A DNA stretch of 64,000 nt from Obrimoposthia wandeli (lineage: Eukaryota): contig CDROCS010002866.1 of assembly GCA_977020255.1 (NCBI GenBank), forward strand, positions 62,001-126,000. The letters run 5' to 3'. Under the pieces are notes generated by a model. That model was not told the DNA's origin. It searched no databases and saw only the letters and a list, made by a program, of their open reading frames with translations. Below, in pieces: positions 9,156-19,782 of this stretch. How positions within the stretch are numbered: the first letter of the stretch is position 1; every line of letters starts with the position of its first letter. A program made the translations under genes and the position numbers.

Positions 9156-12100
9156 GATTGAGTTCCCATTTCTTGTTGCTCATCCATGGTGAGTAATAAA
9201 TCTTGTAGCTTTTTATCGTAGCCTTGTGGGTTTTCCCATAAGCCTCGTTGAGTTGCTTCAAGTAACCGCTCTGCCATTTCTTCCATGGCGTGTGGGTTAT
9301 TATCTTGTAAAAACTGCTGATTTTGCTCATCAAATAACAAAGTATCTGCCACTTTCTTATATTGGTAATCATCAATTAAATTGGTGGTGGCATCATAGGC
9401 AAACATATAATCGACACTGGCGGTCATTTCAAAAGCGCCTTTGTAGCCGTGTTCGCGCATCGCACTTATCCATTTTGGATTGAGTACGCGTGAGCGAATA
9501 ACGCGATTGAGCTCTTCTTTTAAAGTGCGTATTTGCGGTTGCTCAGGGTTTGAATGATCTGAGTGATATATAGCAGGTGCGTTACCTGACAATTGCTTTA
9601 CGGCGTTGCTCATACCGCCTTGAAACTGGTAATAATCATCAGAATCAAGGATATCGTGCTCGCGGTTATCTTGGTTTTGCACGACCACTTCTATATTTGA
9701 TAATTGATAAGCGAACGCTGCAGTTGCCGGGCTCGCATCGCCTTCACTATTGGTATAGGCGTAACCGCCCCAATTGAGATAAGCATCCGATAAATCGCTC
9801 GCTTGCTCCCAACAACGCTCATCAATTAATCCTTGTAACCCAGCGCCATAAGCGCCGGGTTTGGAGCCAAATACCCGATAACTCGCTTCGCGCTGCGCTT
9901 GCTCTTTGGTAAGGCCATTCGCTATTAATTGCTCGGTACGCAGCTCTACATTGCGGGCAATAACATTACTTACCCCAGGGTCATCCATATCGCAAATCGC
10001 TTGTACTGCCGTGTCGTAAAGTTTCATTACATTGGCAAAAGCATCTCGAAAGAAACCAGAAACACGCAAAGTAACGTCCACTCTAGGACGACCTAATTGC
10101 ATACAAGGGATCACTTCTATATCAACCACACGCTGTGATCCAGCTGCCCATACCGGCCTTACACCCATTAAGGCGAATGCTTGTGCGATATCATCGCCAC
10201 CGGTACGCATAGTGGCGGTGCCCCAAACCGATAAACCTATTTGTTGTGGGTACTCGCCGTGCTCTTGTAAATGACGCTCTAGTAATGCCTGCGCTGATTT
10301 TTGTCCAAGCGCCCAAGCAGCATTTGAAGGCACTGAACGATTATCTAAAGAGAAAAAATTGCGCCCGGTGGGCAGTGTATCTAAGCGCCCTCTTGTTGGC
10401 GCGCCACTGGGGCCTGGCTCTACAAACTTGCCAGCTAAACCGCCTATTAAGGCACTAATTTCTTGCTCTACTGAGCGCTCAAGCACTGTTTTAATAACAC
10501 TTTTGCAATATTCAAGCTGAGTTGCTGTGCGCACATATGCGGCTAACTCAGTTAAATCCTCTTCTTGGATAACGAACTGTGTTACCCATTTCACCGCTAA
10601 TAATTCTAAACGCTCACGGGTATCAGCCTGTGTTCGCCATACACTTGTATCTACATCAGCTAACAAAGCAGGTTTTGGACCGGTGTAAACCACTGTACTT
10701 GCTTGGCTTGGATTAAACACTGGCGCGTCTGCCTTTGCATTTTCAGGTGTATCTGCAGCGCTATCCATTAATTTAAAGTCAGCCGCCATGTTGTGCAGCA
10801 AACCTTCATCTTGAATGCTTTTGCCTCTAGGTAAACGCAGCAGCGCGATAATAGTATCCACCAGCTTAGCTTCTGCGGGCAGCTGGCCTAAAATATGTAA
10901 ACCGTGGCGAATTTGCGCTTCTTTAATATCACATAGATAGGTATCTAACTGGTTAAGCACTTCTTCTTCGTGTTCCGCTTTAGCGTCATCTCCAGTATTA
11001 TTTTGAGATGCTTGTAAATTGAGCTCATCTAGCACATTGGTGCTTTTGACTTGCTGTAGTATTTTATCGCGCAGCCAAACTTCACGACGACTATCCATCC
11101 CCAGCGCTTGGTAATACTCATCTACTAATGCTTCGAGTTCCGCCAGCTCACCATAGGTTTCAGCACGGGCCATGGGTGGCATTAAATGATCGATCACTAC
11201 GGCTTGAGCTCTGCGTTTAGCTTGCGCGCCTTCACCTGGATCGTTCACAATAAAAGGGTAAAAATGTGGCATAGGGCCCAGTGCAATATCTGGCCAACAC
11301 TGTGCACTAAGTGCTAACCCTTTGCCGGGTAACCACTCTAAATTGCCGTGCTTGCCGACGTGCACCACCGCATCTGCTTGATAAACGTGGCGCAACCAAA
11401 AATAAAAGGCAAGGTAGCTATGAGGAGGCACTAAATCAGGATCATGATAGTTAGCGAGTAAATCAATATTAAAACCACGTGCCGGCTGAATGCCCACAAA
11501 AATACTACCAAAGCGAATACCGGCAATCATAATGCGGTTATCGCGAAATTTATGATCTTCACTGACATCGCCCCAACGTTCTATTACCGCTTGCTGGCAA
11601 ACGGTTGGCAGCTCTGAAAAATAGCGGCGATAAGTGGTAACATCTAAACTTTGCCAACAGCCTAAATAATGCAAGGTATTGGGGTTGTTAGTAACGCTCT
11701 GTAATAGCTGCTCGATCAGCGCATTGCCATTTTCTGGTAATGCTGCTTTGCTGTTGTTTGATGACGCCTTGCCATTTATTGATGGTGCTTTGCCATTCCC
11801 TTCGCTTAGCTGATAACCCGAATCTTGCAAAGCATTGAGAATATTAATACAAGAGTTTGGTGTATCTAAACCAACACCATTGCCAATACGCCCATCTTTA
11901 GTAGGGTAATTGGCTAAAATTAGCGCGATCACTTTATCTTCATTAACTTTACTGGCTAAGCGTAAATATTTTTTAGCTAAGGTGATCACAAAATTAGCGC
12001 GCTCATGGTGCAACTGATAACGCACTACATCAACTTGAGCGAGTGAGTCTCTATGACTGGCACTTTTAAAACTAATTGCCCGCGTTAATACCCGCCCATC

Positions 12101-13201
12101 TAATTCAGGCAGCGCCACTTGCATAGCAACATCACGTGAGCGTAACCCTTGTGAAAACTCTTGCCAATCTTCCAAAGTGCTACTAGAAAGCACTAGTTGC
12201 AGCACTGGAATATCCACACTAAAAGGCGAGATAAAGGTACTAGGTTGCGATGACAGTTCAGGCGTTTGCGCGCGATTACTGGCAAAACCGGTGGTATTCA
12301 GAATAAGTTTAATTTCAGCGCGTTCTAATAGAGAATTAACTAAAGTAATTGATTCTGGATCTTTCAGAGAAGCGATAGCAATCGGTAATGGATTCAGACC
12401 TTGTAACCGTAACTGATCAATTAATTGATCAAACATTTGCGTATTGGCCGATTGTAAATGGCTGCGATAAAACAATACCGCCACGCGCTGTTTTACTAGC
12501 GCTGCACTATCTTTATCAAGCAGCTGTTGATCATCTGCTGCCCAAAGTTGTTGCCACTGATATAAGCTAGCAGGCTGGTCTTTATTTGATGAATTACTTG
12601 ATGAACTGCCTGATAGATCATTAGCAGAAACGGAGCTTGAAGCCGGCATATATAACTGCGCGCGCGGCAACACTTGTGGCTCTCTCCATTGAAAATCACA
12701 ATTAAAATAGCTTTGCGCAAGACTGTGCAATAAATGCTTGGCGTTTTCAACCCCACTTTCACGTAAGTAGCGCCATACGCGGCGATGCATTACAGATTCA
12801 ACATTACTTGCGCTGGTTAACTGTGGATCTTCGCTATCATCCCCAGGCACTAATATTAATGTATGATCAGGCTGTTTTGCCCAATCACACAAGCGCTCGA
12901 AACCATAGCTCCAGTAGTTTTGCCCGCCAAGTAATGACACAACAATGAGCTTGGCATGGCACAGCACTTTTTGTTCGTATAAATCAAAAGCAGCGGGCTT
13001 TAATAATTGCAACCAATTGGCAATGCGCACACTAGGCGCATCACTAACACTTGCCAATTCACTGACCTCAAGACCGGCAGAAAGCGCAGCTAACTGACTA
13101 TCTGCAGCGGTTAAAATGATGATATCTGCTGGGGATTGATCTAGATCGATAATCCCCTCTTCATCGACAAAACCACCAGGCTTTGCGGCCAATAAATGCA
13201 T
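9152..13201 (-). CDS. cobN: Cobaltochelatase large subunit
   Basis: NYPTKDGRIGNGVGLD, HVGKHGNLEWLPGK, NDPGEG, GPSGAPTRG, LPTGRNF, RSRVLNPKW and GYKGA motifs; 1349 aa. Confidence 0.98.
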   Translation of the reverse strand: MHLLAAKPGGFVDEEGIIDLDQSPADIIILTAADSQLAALSAGLEVSELASVSDAPSVRIANWLQLLKPAAFDLYEQKVLCHAKLIVVSLLGGQNYWSYGFERLCDWAKQPDHTLILVPGDDSEDPQLTSASNVESVMHRRVWRYLRESGVENAKHLLHSLAQSYFNCDFQWREPQVLPRAQLYMPASSSVSANDLSGSSSSNSSNKDQPASLYQWQQLWAADDQQLLDKDSAALVKQRVAVLFYRSHLQSANTQMFDQLIDQLRLQGLNPLPIAIASLKDPESITLVNSLLERAEIKLILNTTGFASNRAQTPELSSQPSTFISPFSVDIPVLQLVLSSSTLEDWQEFSQGLRSRDVAMQVALPELDGRVLTRAISFKSASHRDSLAQVDVVRYQLHHERANFVITLAKKYLRLASKVNEDKVIALILANYPTKDGRIGNGVGLDTPNSCINILNALQDSGYQLSEGNGKAPSINGKASSNNSKAALPENGNALIEQLLQSVTNNPNTLHYLGCWQSLDVTTYRRYFSELPTVCQQAVIERWGDVSEDHKFRDNRIMIAGIRFGSIFVGIQPARGFNIDLLANYHDPDLVPPHSYLAFYFWLRHVYQADAVVHVGKHGNLEWLPGKGLALSAQCWPDIALGPMPHFYPFIVNDPGEGAQAKRRAQAVVIDHLMPPMARAETYGELAELEALVDEYYQALGMDSRREVWLRDKILQQVKSTNVLDELNLQASQNNTGDDAKAEHEEEVLNQLDTYLCDIKEAQIRHGLHILGQLPAEAKLVDTIIALLRLPRGKSIQDEGLLHNMAADFKLMDSAADTPENAKADAPVFNPSQASTVVYTGPKPALLADVDTSVWRTQADTRERLELLAVKWVTQFVIQEEDLTELAAYVRTATQLEYCKSVIKTVLERSVEQEISALIGGLAGKFVEPGPSGAPTRGRLDTLPTGRNFFSLDNRSVPSNAAWALGQKSAQALLERHLQEHGEYPQQIGLSVWGTATMRTGGDDIAQAFALMGVRPVWAAGSQRVVDIEVIPCMQLGRPRVDVTLRVSGFFRDAFANVMKLYDTAVQAICDMDDPGVSNVIARNVELRTEQLIANGLTKEQAQREASYRVFGSKPGAYGAGLQGLIDERCWEQASDLSDAYLNWGGYAYTNSEGDASPATAAFAYQLSNIEVVVQNQDNREHDILDSDDYYQFQGGMSNAVKQLSGNAPAIYHSDHSNPEQPQIRTLKEELNRVIRSRVLNPKWISAMREHGYKGAFEMTASVDYMFAYDATTNLIDDYQYKKVADTLLFDEQNQQFLQDNNPHAMEEMAERLLEATQRGLWENPQGYDKKLQDLLLTMDEQQEMGTQS

Positions 13202-13307
13202 TAAACAAACCTTTTCTATTTAGCTGAGCAAGTACCCACCAAAGCGTGTTTAGTTGGTATTCCTATACAGAGCTTTTATTACTTACTAAAGGTGTTAACC
13301 AAATTCG

Positions 13308-14387
13308 TTAGTTAACTATCGCAGGTTGCAGCGCTGCTTCTATATCTGACTTTTTAATATTTTTGCCAATAAACACTAGCTGAGTACAAGGCGTTTCATC
13401 TGCCTGCCACAAGCGATCGAAGTGAGTATTAATACGCTTACCAACCCCTTGCACAACTTGGCGCATCGGCTTGTTAGGCAATGCTGCAAAACCTTTAGCG
13501 CGATAAATATTATTAGTATCTAGCAAGCCTTGTAATATTGTTTGCAGTTTTTCACCATCGACAGTGCCGACACTGATAACAAACGAGTCAAAGTGATCTT
13601 CAGCATGGCTGTGTTCATGGCCATGTTCATGATGAGCATCATGGTGGTTATGTACAGTATCAATGTGCTCTTCGGTGGCAGCACCTAGGCCGAATAACAA
13701 ATCTAATTCAGCATTCCCATCATCGATGTATAAGGTTTTAACGCCTTGTGGTAAACGCTCATTTAACACAGCGGTTACGTCGCTGCGCTGCTTGTCATCT
13801 AATAAATCGTTTTTACTGATAACCACTAAATCGGCCGCGCTAAGTTGGTCATCTAACAGCTCTTGTAAACTTGGATCGTGATCTAAGCTTTCATCGGCTA
13901 AGCGTTGCGCTTGTACTTGCTCTTCATTGGCTGCAAAACGCCCTGCTGCAATAGCAGGTCCATCAACAACGGTGATTACGGCATCAACAGTGCAATGCTC
14001 TTTAATGCCAGGCCAGTTGAACGCTTGCACTAAAGGCTTTGGCAGTGCAAGGCCAGAAGTTTCAATTAAGATGTGATCAATGTCATCACGTCTGGCAACT
14101 AGCTCTTGCATCACTGGTAAAAACTCTTCTTCAACCGTGCAGCAAATACAACCGTTAGCGAGTTCATAAATGCCATTTTTGCCTTCAACCAGGCTTGCGC
14201 TTTCTTCTTCGCAATCTAATGGGCAGTTACGTAGCAATTCAGAATCAATGTCTAACTCGCCAAATTCGTTAACGATGACAGCAATGCGTTTGCCAGCTGC
14301 TTGGCGCAACACATTTGATAGTAAAGTCGTTTTACCACTACCTAAAAAGCCTGTAACTATCGTGGTCGGTATCTTATTCAGTTTCAT
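13308..14387 (-). CDS. cobW: Cobalamin biosynthesis COG0523 GTPase / metallochaperone; start likely ATG 14387
   Basis: TGFLGSGKTT, VNEFGE, ELANGCICC, IETSGLALPKPL and His-rich HNHHDAHHEHGHEH; adjacent to cobN. Confidence 0.95.
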   Translation of the reverse strand: MKLNKIPTTIVTGFLGSGKTTLLSNVLRQAAGKRIAVIVNEFGELDIDSELLRNCPLDCEEESASLVEGKNGIYELANGCICCTVEEEFLPVMQELVARRDDIDHILIETSGLALPKPLVQAFNWPGIKEHCTVDAVITVVDGPAIAAGRFAANEEQVQAQRLADESLDHDPSLQELLDDQLSAADLVVISKNDLLDDKQRSDVTAVLNERLPQGVKTLYIDDGNAELDLLFGLGAATEEHIDTVHNHHDAHHEHGHEHSHAEDHFDSFVISVGTVDGEKLQTILQGLLDTNNIYRAKGFAALPNKPMRQVVQGVGKRINTHFDRLWQADETPCTQLVFIGKNIKKSDIEAALQPAIVN

Positions 14388-14391
14388 AGTG

Positions 14392-15210
14392 TTATCCGTT
14401 TGTTTTGTCAATTTGAGTCTTTTGCTCAAGTTGCTCTAAATCGTTGATGACGCCTTTGCGCTTGCGAAAGATATTTGGTTTATCTTGGCTGTAAAGGTGC
14501 GAGTCAGCAAAATTATCGGTATCTAATACGTGGCCAACAATAATAAGTGCCGTTAGCTTATAGCCTTTTTCGGCCACCTTATCGCTAATATCAGCGAGTG
14601 TGCCGCTAATTTTATCTTGATCAGGCCAAGAGGTGCGATAGCAAACGGCCACTGGGCAGTCAGCACCGTAATGAGGAATCAACTCAGCGACTATCTTCTT
14701 GATATAAGTAATACCTAAGTGAATAGCCAGTGTTGCACCTGATTTTGCTAACTGCGGTAAACGCTCGCGCTCTGGAAAAGGTGTTTTGCCTTCGTAGCGG
14801 GTAAAAATAATCGTTTGCGATACGCCCGATAACGTTAGTTCTTTACCTAAGTAAGCGGCTGATGCAGCAACGGCGCTAACCCCTGGGATTATTTGATAAT
14901 CGATTCCCAGTTGCTCTAAGCGTCTGATTTGCTCACCAATGGCACCATACAATGATGGATCGCCACACTGTAATCTGGCGACATCTTGCCCAGCTTGCTG
15001 CGCTTTAATAAAGTACTGTTCCATCTCATCTAGATTGATGGTGGCAGTGTCAATAATATGCTCAGCGCTGTCTTCCACTTCTTGTAGCACTTCACGGGGA
15101 ATCAGCGATCCGGCGTAAAGCACTATAGGGCAAGACTTTAAAATTCTAAGGCCTTTGAGTGTCATTAACTCAGGATCACCTGGGCCCGCTCCAATAAAAT
15201 AAACTGTCAT
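14392..15210 (-). CDS. cobM: Precorrin-4 C11-methyltransferase (CobM/CbiF)
   Basis: GAGPGDPELMT, YAGSL, GDPSLYGAIGEQ, SQTII and SWPDQ motifs. Confidence 0.95.
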   Translation of the reverse strand: MTVYFIGAGPGDPELMTLKGLRILKSCPIVLYAGSLIPREVLQEVEDSAEHIIDTATINLDEMEQYFIKAQQAGQDVARLQCGDPSLYGAIGEQIRRLEQLGIDYQIIPGVSAVAASAAYLGKELTLSGVSQTIIFTRYEGKTPFPERERLPQLAKSGATLAIHLGITYIKKIVAELIPHYGADCPVAVCYRTSWPDQDKISGTLADISDKVAEKGYKLTALIIVGHVLDTDNFADSHLYSQDKPNIFRKRKGVINDLEQLEQKTQIDKTNG

Positions 15211-15244
15211 CTTTATTACCTTTAATTAGCGCGAATGCTGTAAA

Positions 15245-16030
15245 TTACAGCTTTTTGCTGTAACCACGCGGAGTGTAAACCCACTCTTTAGTGCCGTTAA
15301 TAATATGCTTTGTTTCACTGTTACCGACACTTACCATGGTGAACATATCAACATCTTTTGCATCCAGCTGTTGTAGTTCAATAATCGTAATACACTGCTC
15401 TGGGCGGGTAAGCTGGCGTCCTATCATTACGGGTGTCGTTGCTGGGCGTGAGTTTAATAAAATGTCACGTGCTGCATTTAACTGCCAATCACGTTTCTTT
15501 GATACTGGGTTGTAAAATGAAACCACAAAATCACCTTCAGCAGCACATTCAATACGCTTTTTTATGCTTTCCCAAGGCGTTAGTAAATCTGAAAGGCTGA
15601 TGGTGCAAAAGTCATGGCCTAACATAGCGCCAACGGCACTGGCACCTGCTTGCATCGCAGAAATACCTGGAATCACTTCAATCTCAACATCTAACCATTG
15701 AGGAGAGCTTTCTAGGCCTTGAAGTTGTCTATCGAGTAATTCAAAAACTAGGGTTGCCATCGCATAAATGCCAATATCGCCACTGGAAATTAGCGCGGTA
15801 TCTTTACCTTGCGCCGCCAAATCTAACGCAAGTTTAGCGCGGTTGATTTCTTCGCCTAAAGGTAAATCATGGCGGTTTTTACCCACACATATTTCACCTA
15901 ATATATCGATATAGAGGCCATAGGCGACTAGATCAGTACTTGCGGCAATCGCTTGCTTCGCTTTAGGAGTTAATAGTGCTAAATCACCAGGGCCGGTGCC
16001 TAAAATAAATAATTTTTTCATAGCATTCAT
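15245..16030 (-). CDS. cobJ: Precorrin-3B C17-methyltransferase (CobJ/CbiH)
   Basis: GTGPG, SSGDIGIYAMA, HDFCTISLSDLLTPW, FYNPVS and YTPRGY motifs. Confidence 0.96.
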   Translation of the reverse strand: MNAMKKLFILGTGPGDLALLTPKAKQAIAASTDLVAYGLYIDILGEICVGKNRHDLPLGEEINRAKLALDLAAQGKDTALISSGDIGIYAMATLVFELLDRQLQGLESSPQWLDVEIEVIPGISAMQAGASAVGAMLGHDFCTISLSDLLTPWESIKKRIECAAEGDFVVSFYNPVSKKRDWQLNAARDILLNSRPATTPVMIGRQLTRPEQCITIIELQQLDAKDVDMFTMVSVGNSETKHIINGTKEWVYTPRGYSKKL

Positions 16031-16124
16031 GTTCTTTTATTGTGTTTGTTTAATAACTTTGGCTATTTTCTTAATCGCCAAAATTGCTTTGTGTTTGTTA
16101 GCATCTAGTCAGTTGGCTTGCATG

Positions 16125-16994
16125 TCAGTTTTCTTGATAGGCGCGCCCGATGGCACAAGTGGCCACTTTCGATTTTTGTTTACTGAGTATTAATTCACTA
16201 CTACGTGGTGGCCTACTATTTTCAGTACTATTTCGAGCCACATTTTGTACTTTATTATCTACATTCGGATCTATCAACTGAGCACTAACCAGCGCTGCTG
16301 ACTCGGCAACACCATAAGTACCGACTGTTTTAAATACATATTCAGAAGGCGTTTGTAGTTGATTTTGCACGGTATTTAACTGACTTGCGCTATAACATAT
16401 AAAAGGTATATTTAGTTGCTCAGCTAACTCAATTAATCCTACCTCGTCGTCTTTAATATCAATGCTGGCAAGCGCGCTAATTTGTTCGATTTCTAAATTG
16501 GCCTGCTTTAAGCTCTGCTTTAAAAGAACTAATAAATCTTCTTTTGGACAGTGCCGTTCACACCCCATACCGGCAGTGTATAAAGGTTTTAGATAGGCAT
16601 TAGCGGTCGTTGAAACTAGCTGCGCACCCAGCATTTTTGCCACTTGTGATGCCAATTCATTTGCGCCGCCTTCATGGCCTGACAGCAGTGGGATAACAAA
16701 CTTACCCGCTTCATCAATAGCTAATACTGCAGGGTCACTTAGTTTATTATCAATAACATCAGCCAGCGTTCTAAAAATAATGCCGGTTGCACAGATAAAT
16801 ATTAATGGCTGTGCTTCGCTAAATGCTTGTTGCACCACTTCTTTAAAAGGCTGCGGCTTATGCAAAAGGCTAGGGGCGCTTCCCTTTACAATGGCTCCTA
16901 CCACTTCACCCGCTGTATTCGCTTCTTGCTGCATGAGCGCTGCCAAGCGTTTAGCTAGTACGTAACCTGGTGCTGTTAAGCTAATAATTTTCAT
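16125..16994 (-). CDS. cbiG: Cobalamin biosynthesis protein CbiG (N-terminal domain plus CobE-like C-terminal domain)
   Basis: ICATGI, K-SDPAVLAIDEAG, LLSGHEGGAN, TTAN, GMGCER and GVAESAAL motifs. Confidence 0.92.
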   Translation of the reverse strand: MKIISLTAPGYVLAKRLAALMQQEANTAGEVVGAIVKGSAPSLLHKPQPFKEVVQQAFSEAQPLIFICATGIIFRTLADVIDNKLSDPAVLAIDEAGKFVIPLLSGHEGGANELASQVAKMLGAQLVSTTANAYLKPLYTAGMGCERHCPKEDLLVLLKQSLKQANLEIEQISALASIDIKDDEVGLIELAEQLNIPFICYSASQLNTVQNQLQTPSEYVFKTVGTYGVAESAALVSAQLIDPNVDNKVQNVARNSTENSRPPRSSELILSKQKSKVATCAIGRAYQEN

Positions 16995-17707
16995 CAGTGA
17001 TTAATACTGCGATCTTTGGTTATCACAAAAAGTGAAAAGTAAGGTCCTTGAGTACTTTGTAAACTGCTGACATCAGTATTGATTAACTGATTATCTCGGG
17101 AGATATACTCTAGATAGTTAGCTTGCTCAGTTCTGCCTGTTTCAGCTAATAGCGCTAAAATTCTGACTCTTGCAAGACCTGCCTTCATAATGACCAGTGA
17201 GTCGTGCTCTAGTAAGGCAGTACGAATTTGCTGATCGGTATGCCGGCCACTGATCACGGCAAAGGACTCTCGCTGTAAGGTAAGCGGCAACTGTAATGCG
17301 GCGGCGGCGGCGTGCACAGAAGAGACTCCCGGCACCACTTCAATTTTATGCTTATCTTGTAAACGTTGCATGATATAGCTAAACGAGCCGAAAAATAGTG
17401 GATCCCCTTCACACAGAAATACCACGTCGTGCCCTTGTGCTAATTGCACTGCAATTGCTTTAGCTCCGGCATCATAAGCGGCGTTCGCACCAGAACGCTC
17501 AGTGCTCATCGGCATCGGTAGTGCAATATGTAATTGTTCTTTAGTCACTTGTGCAAAAGCTTCTCTAGCAATATTCCTCGCTTGAGACTCTCCTTGTTCA
17601 TTCGCTAAATAACTAACCACTGGGCTATTAGCTATCAATTGACACGCTTTTAACGTGAGCAATAATGGATCACCTGGGCCAACGCCAACGCCGTATAAAG
17701 TTGCCAT
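16994..17707 (-). CDS. cobI: Precorrin-2 C20-methyltransferase (CobI/CbiL)
   Basis: LYGVGVGPGDP-LLTLKA, LCEGDPLFFGSF, VPGVSS and PYFS motifs. Confidence 0.96.
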   Translation of the reverse strand: MATLYGVGVGPGDPLLLTLKACQLIANSPVVSYLANEQGESQARNIAREAFAQVTKEQLHIALPMPMSTERSGANAAYDAGAKAIAVQLAQGHDVVFLCEGDPLFFGSFSYIMQRLQDKHKIEVVPGVSSVHAAAAALQLPLTLQRESFAVISGRHTDQQIRTALLEHDSLVIMKAGLARVRILALLAETGRTEQANYLEYISRDNQLINTDVSSLQSTQGPYFSLFVITKDRSINH

Positions 17708-17708
17708 T

Positions 17709-19076
17709 TTAGTAATCCCTATTTTGTGGTTGTAAATCGTTATCAGCAGACACTGTCATATCTGATTTCTTTTGATGTGTTCGTTGGTTGCTAAGATTTA
17801 TCACAGGCACTTCGCTTTTTTTAATAAAACTGAAAACACTGACTGGTAGTGCTTGGCGATACACTAGCTGCCCCGCTAAATAATCTCCATGGCTAATAGC
17901 CACTTGCTGCGTGCTAACTTTCGCATCACCGCGCATATTGCGAGTATTTAAAAAGTCGATCAAGTGGTGTTTGGTATTTTCTAACACTGCGCTCGCCACT
18001 ATTTGCCCACCAACGTCCAATTGTGTCCAAAGACGCTCTAAAAGCTGTGGTAACATGCCATCACTACCGCCAATAAAGATTTTATTGGGCTTGGGTAGTT
18101 TAGCTAAAATTCCCGGCGCACTGCCTTGCACTGGATGCAAATTAGTCACTAAACCGAATTTTTTTTGATTTTGTTGCAAGCATTCAAAGCGCTGTGGGTT
18201 TTTTTCAATCGCAAAAATTTTCGCCTGTTCACACCAGTAACCCAGCTCAATTCCCACACTGCCACAACCCGCGCCAATATCGTAAATAACATCTCCAGCT
18301 TGTGGCTGTAATAAAGATAAGATGCACAAACGCACTTCCACTTTAGTGATCATATTCTTGCCCTGATCACCATCGGTAATAAAATGATGGTTGGCAAAAC
18401 CTGGAAACAGTGGCAACGGCTTCACTGAAGCCCCTGTTTCGATAACGGAGATATGTAGCGGGTCAAACTCTTTAGGATTACGTAATAACGCTTTCACAGG
18501 GAAAGTTTCTATTTCCTCATAGCGATAACCTATCGCTTCACAAACCGTAATTTTTGCTTCGTAATAACCGGCCTCCACCAGTTCATTAGCAAGTATTTTA
18601 GGCGTACTTTGTGCATCCGTTAAAATAATTAAAGTTTGATGTTCACGCAGCTTGCTACGTAACTTTCCCACTGGCCTGCCGTGTAAGCTTAGCACTGAGA
18701 CTTTCTGTAAAGAGAGACCCAATCGATGACATGCTTCTTGAATACTGGAAACCGCCGGATAAAATGCCAATTGTTCCGCACTAAAATTACGGCCAAACCA
18801 ACTACCAATGCCGTAATACAGTGGATCACCTGAAGCGAGCACCACTATTTGACGCACACCTTGATTGTAGTACTGCTCAAGCACTGTTTTCAACACATCC
18901 AACTTGGGCAGCAACGGCTTAATTTGATGTTCTTTTAATAAATGTTCAACTACTTTCAATTGCCTTTGCGAGCCCAAGACCATTTCAGCGCCGAGCAATA
19001 TTGACATCGCACTATCGCTGAGCTGAGCAGATTCGCAGGCACCTAAACCGACAATCGAAATTTTTATATCTTGCAT
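17709..19076 (-). CDS. cobL: Bifunctional precorrin-6B C5,15-methyltransferase (CobL / CbiE-CbiT fusion)
   Basis: LASGDPLYYGIG and SLHGR (CbiE part); ITKVEVR, DIGAGCGSV and IFIGG (CbiT part). Confidence 0.94.
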   Translation of the reverse strand: MQDIKISIVGLGACESAQLSDSAMSILLGAEMVLGSQRQLKVVEHLLKEHQIKPLLPKLDVLKTVLEQYYNQGVRQIVVLASGDPLYYGIGSWFGRNFSAEQLAFYPAVSSIQEACHRLGLSLQKVSVLSLHGRPVGKLRSKLREHQTLIILTDAQSTPKILANELVEAGYYEAKITVCEAIGYRYEEIETFPVKALLRNPKEFDPLHISVIETGASVKPLPLFPGFANHHFITDGDQGKNMITKVEVRLCILSLLQPQAGDVIYDIGAGCGSVGIELGYWCEQAKIFAIEKNPQRFECLQQNQKKFGLVTNLHPVQGSAPGILAKLPKPNKIFIGGSDGMLPQLLERLWTQLDVGGQIVASAVLENTKHHLIDFLNTRNMRGDAKVSTQQVAISHGDYLAGQLVYRQALPVSVFSFIKKSEVPVINLSNQRTHQKKSDMTVSADNDLQPQNRDY

Positions 19077-19140
19077 ATCAAATTAAATCCAAAACGAAGT
19101 TCTTTGCTATTTTATTGGCAGCGATGATTGACAGCGCTAT

Positions 19141-19782
19141 TTAATAAATTTCACCTTCAATACAACGTAGTAATGCGTTACAAGTTGCCGCTGTTACCGC
19201 ACTACCCCCTTCACGACCTAGTAAGGTAATACATTCTATACCTAATTGGCGATGCTCGTCCCACAGCGCTTGCTTGGACTCAGCGGCACCGACAAAACCG
19301 ACCGGCATGCCGATAATTAACGCAGGCTTTACTTGGCTTTGGTCAATCATTTCTAACAGCCTAAATAAAGCAGTTGGGGCATTGCCTATCACCACCACAC
19401 TGCCCTCGAGATACTCTTGCCAATGCTCTAATGCTGCCATAGTACGGGTTTCGCCACTTTTCTTAGCACTGGTGGCCACTGCAGCGTCATTTAAAAAACA
19501 CAGCGGTTCTTTTTGCAGCATGCGTTTGGTTAAACCTTGTTTAACCATTTCTACATCACATAAAATATGACATTGGCCCTGTAATGCTTTGATGCCTGCC
19601 AAACACGCGTTATCACTAAAACGTACTTGCTCTGCAATACCTGGAATACCAACGCTATGCACGATACGCATCACAACTTGTTGCTGCTCGATACTTAAGC
19701 CTGTTAATTGTGTTAACTCACGTATTTGTTTAAAGCTTTCTGCTTCAATGTGTTGCGGGTTTTTTATGTAGTTATAAGTCAC
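19141..19782 (-). CDS. cobH: Precorrin-8X methylmutase (CobH/CbiC)
   Basis: IEAESF, TRTMAA, IGNAPTALF, GMPVGFVGAAESK and GGSA motifs. Confidence 0.97.
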   Translation of the reverse strand: MTYNYIKNPQHIEAESFKQIRELTQLTGLSIEQQQVVMRIVHSVGIPGIAEQVRFSDNACLAGIKALQGQCHILCDVEMVKQGLTKRMLQKEPLCFLNDAAVATSAKKSGETRTMAALEHWQEYLEGSVVVIGNAPTALFRLLEMIDQSQVKPALIIGMPVGFVGAAESKQALWDEHRQLGIECITLLGREGGSAVTAATCNALLRCIEGEIY

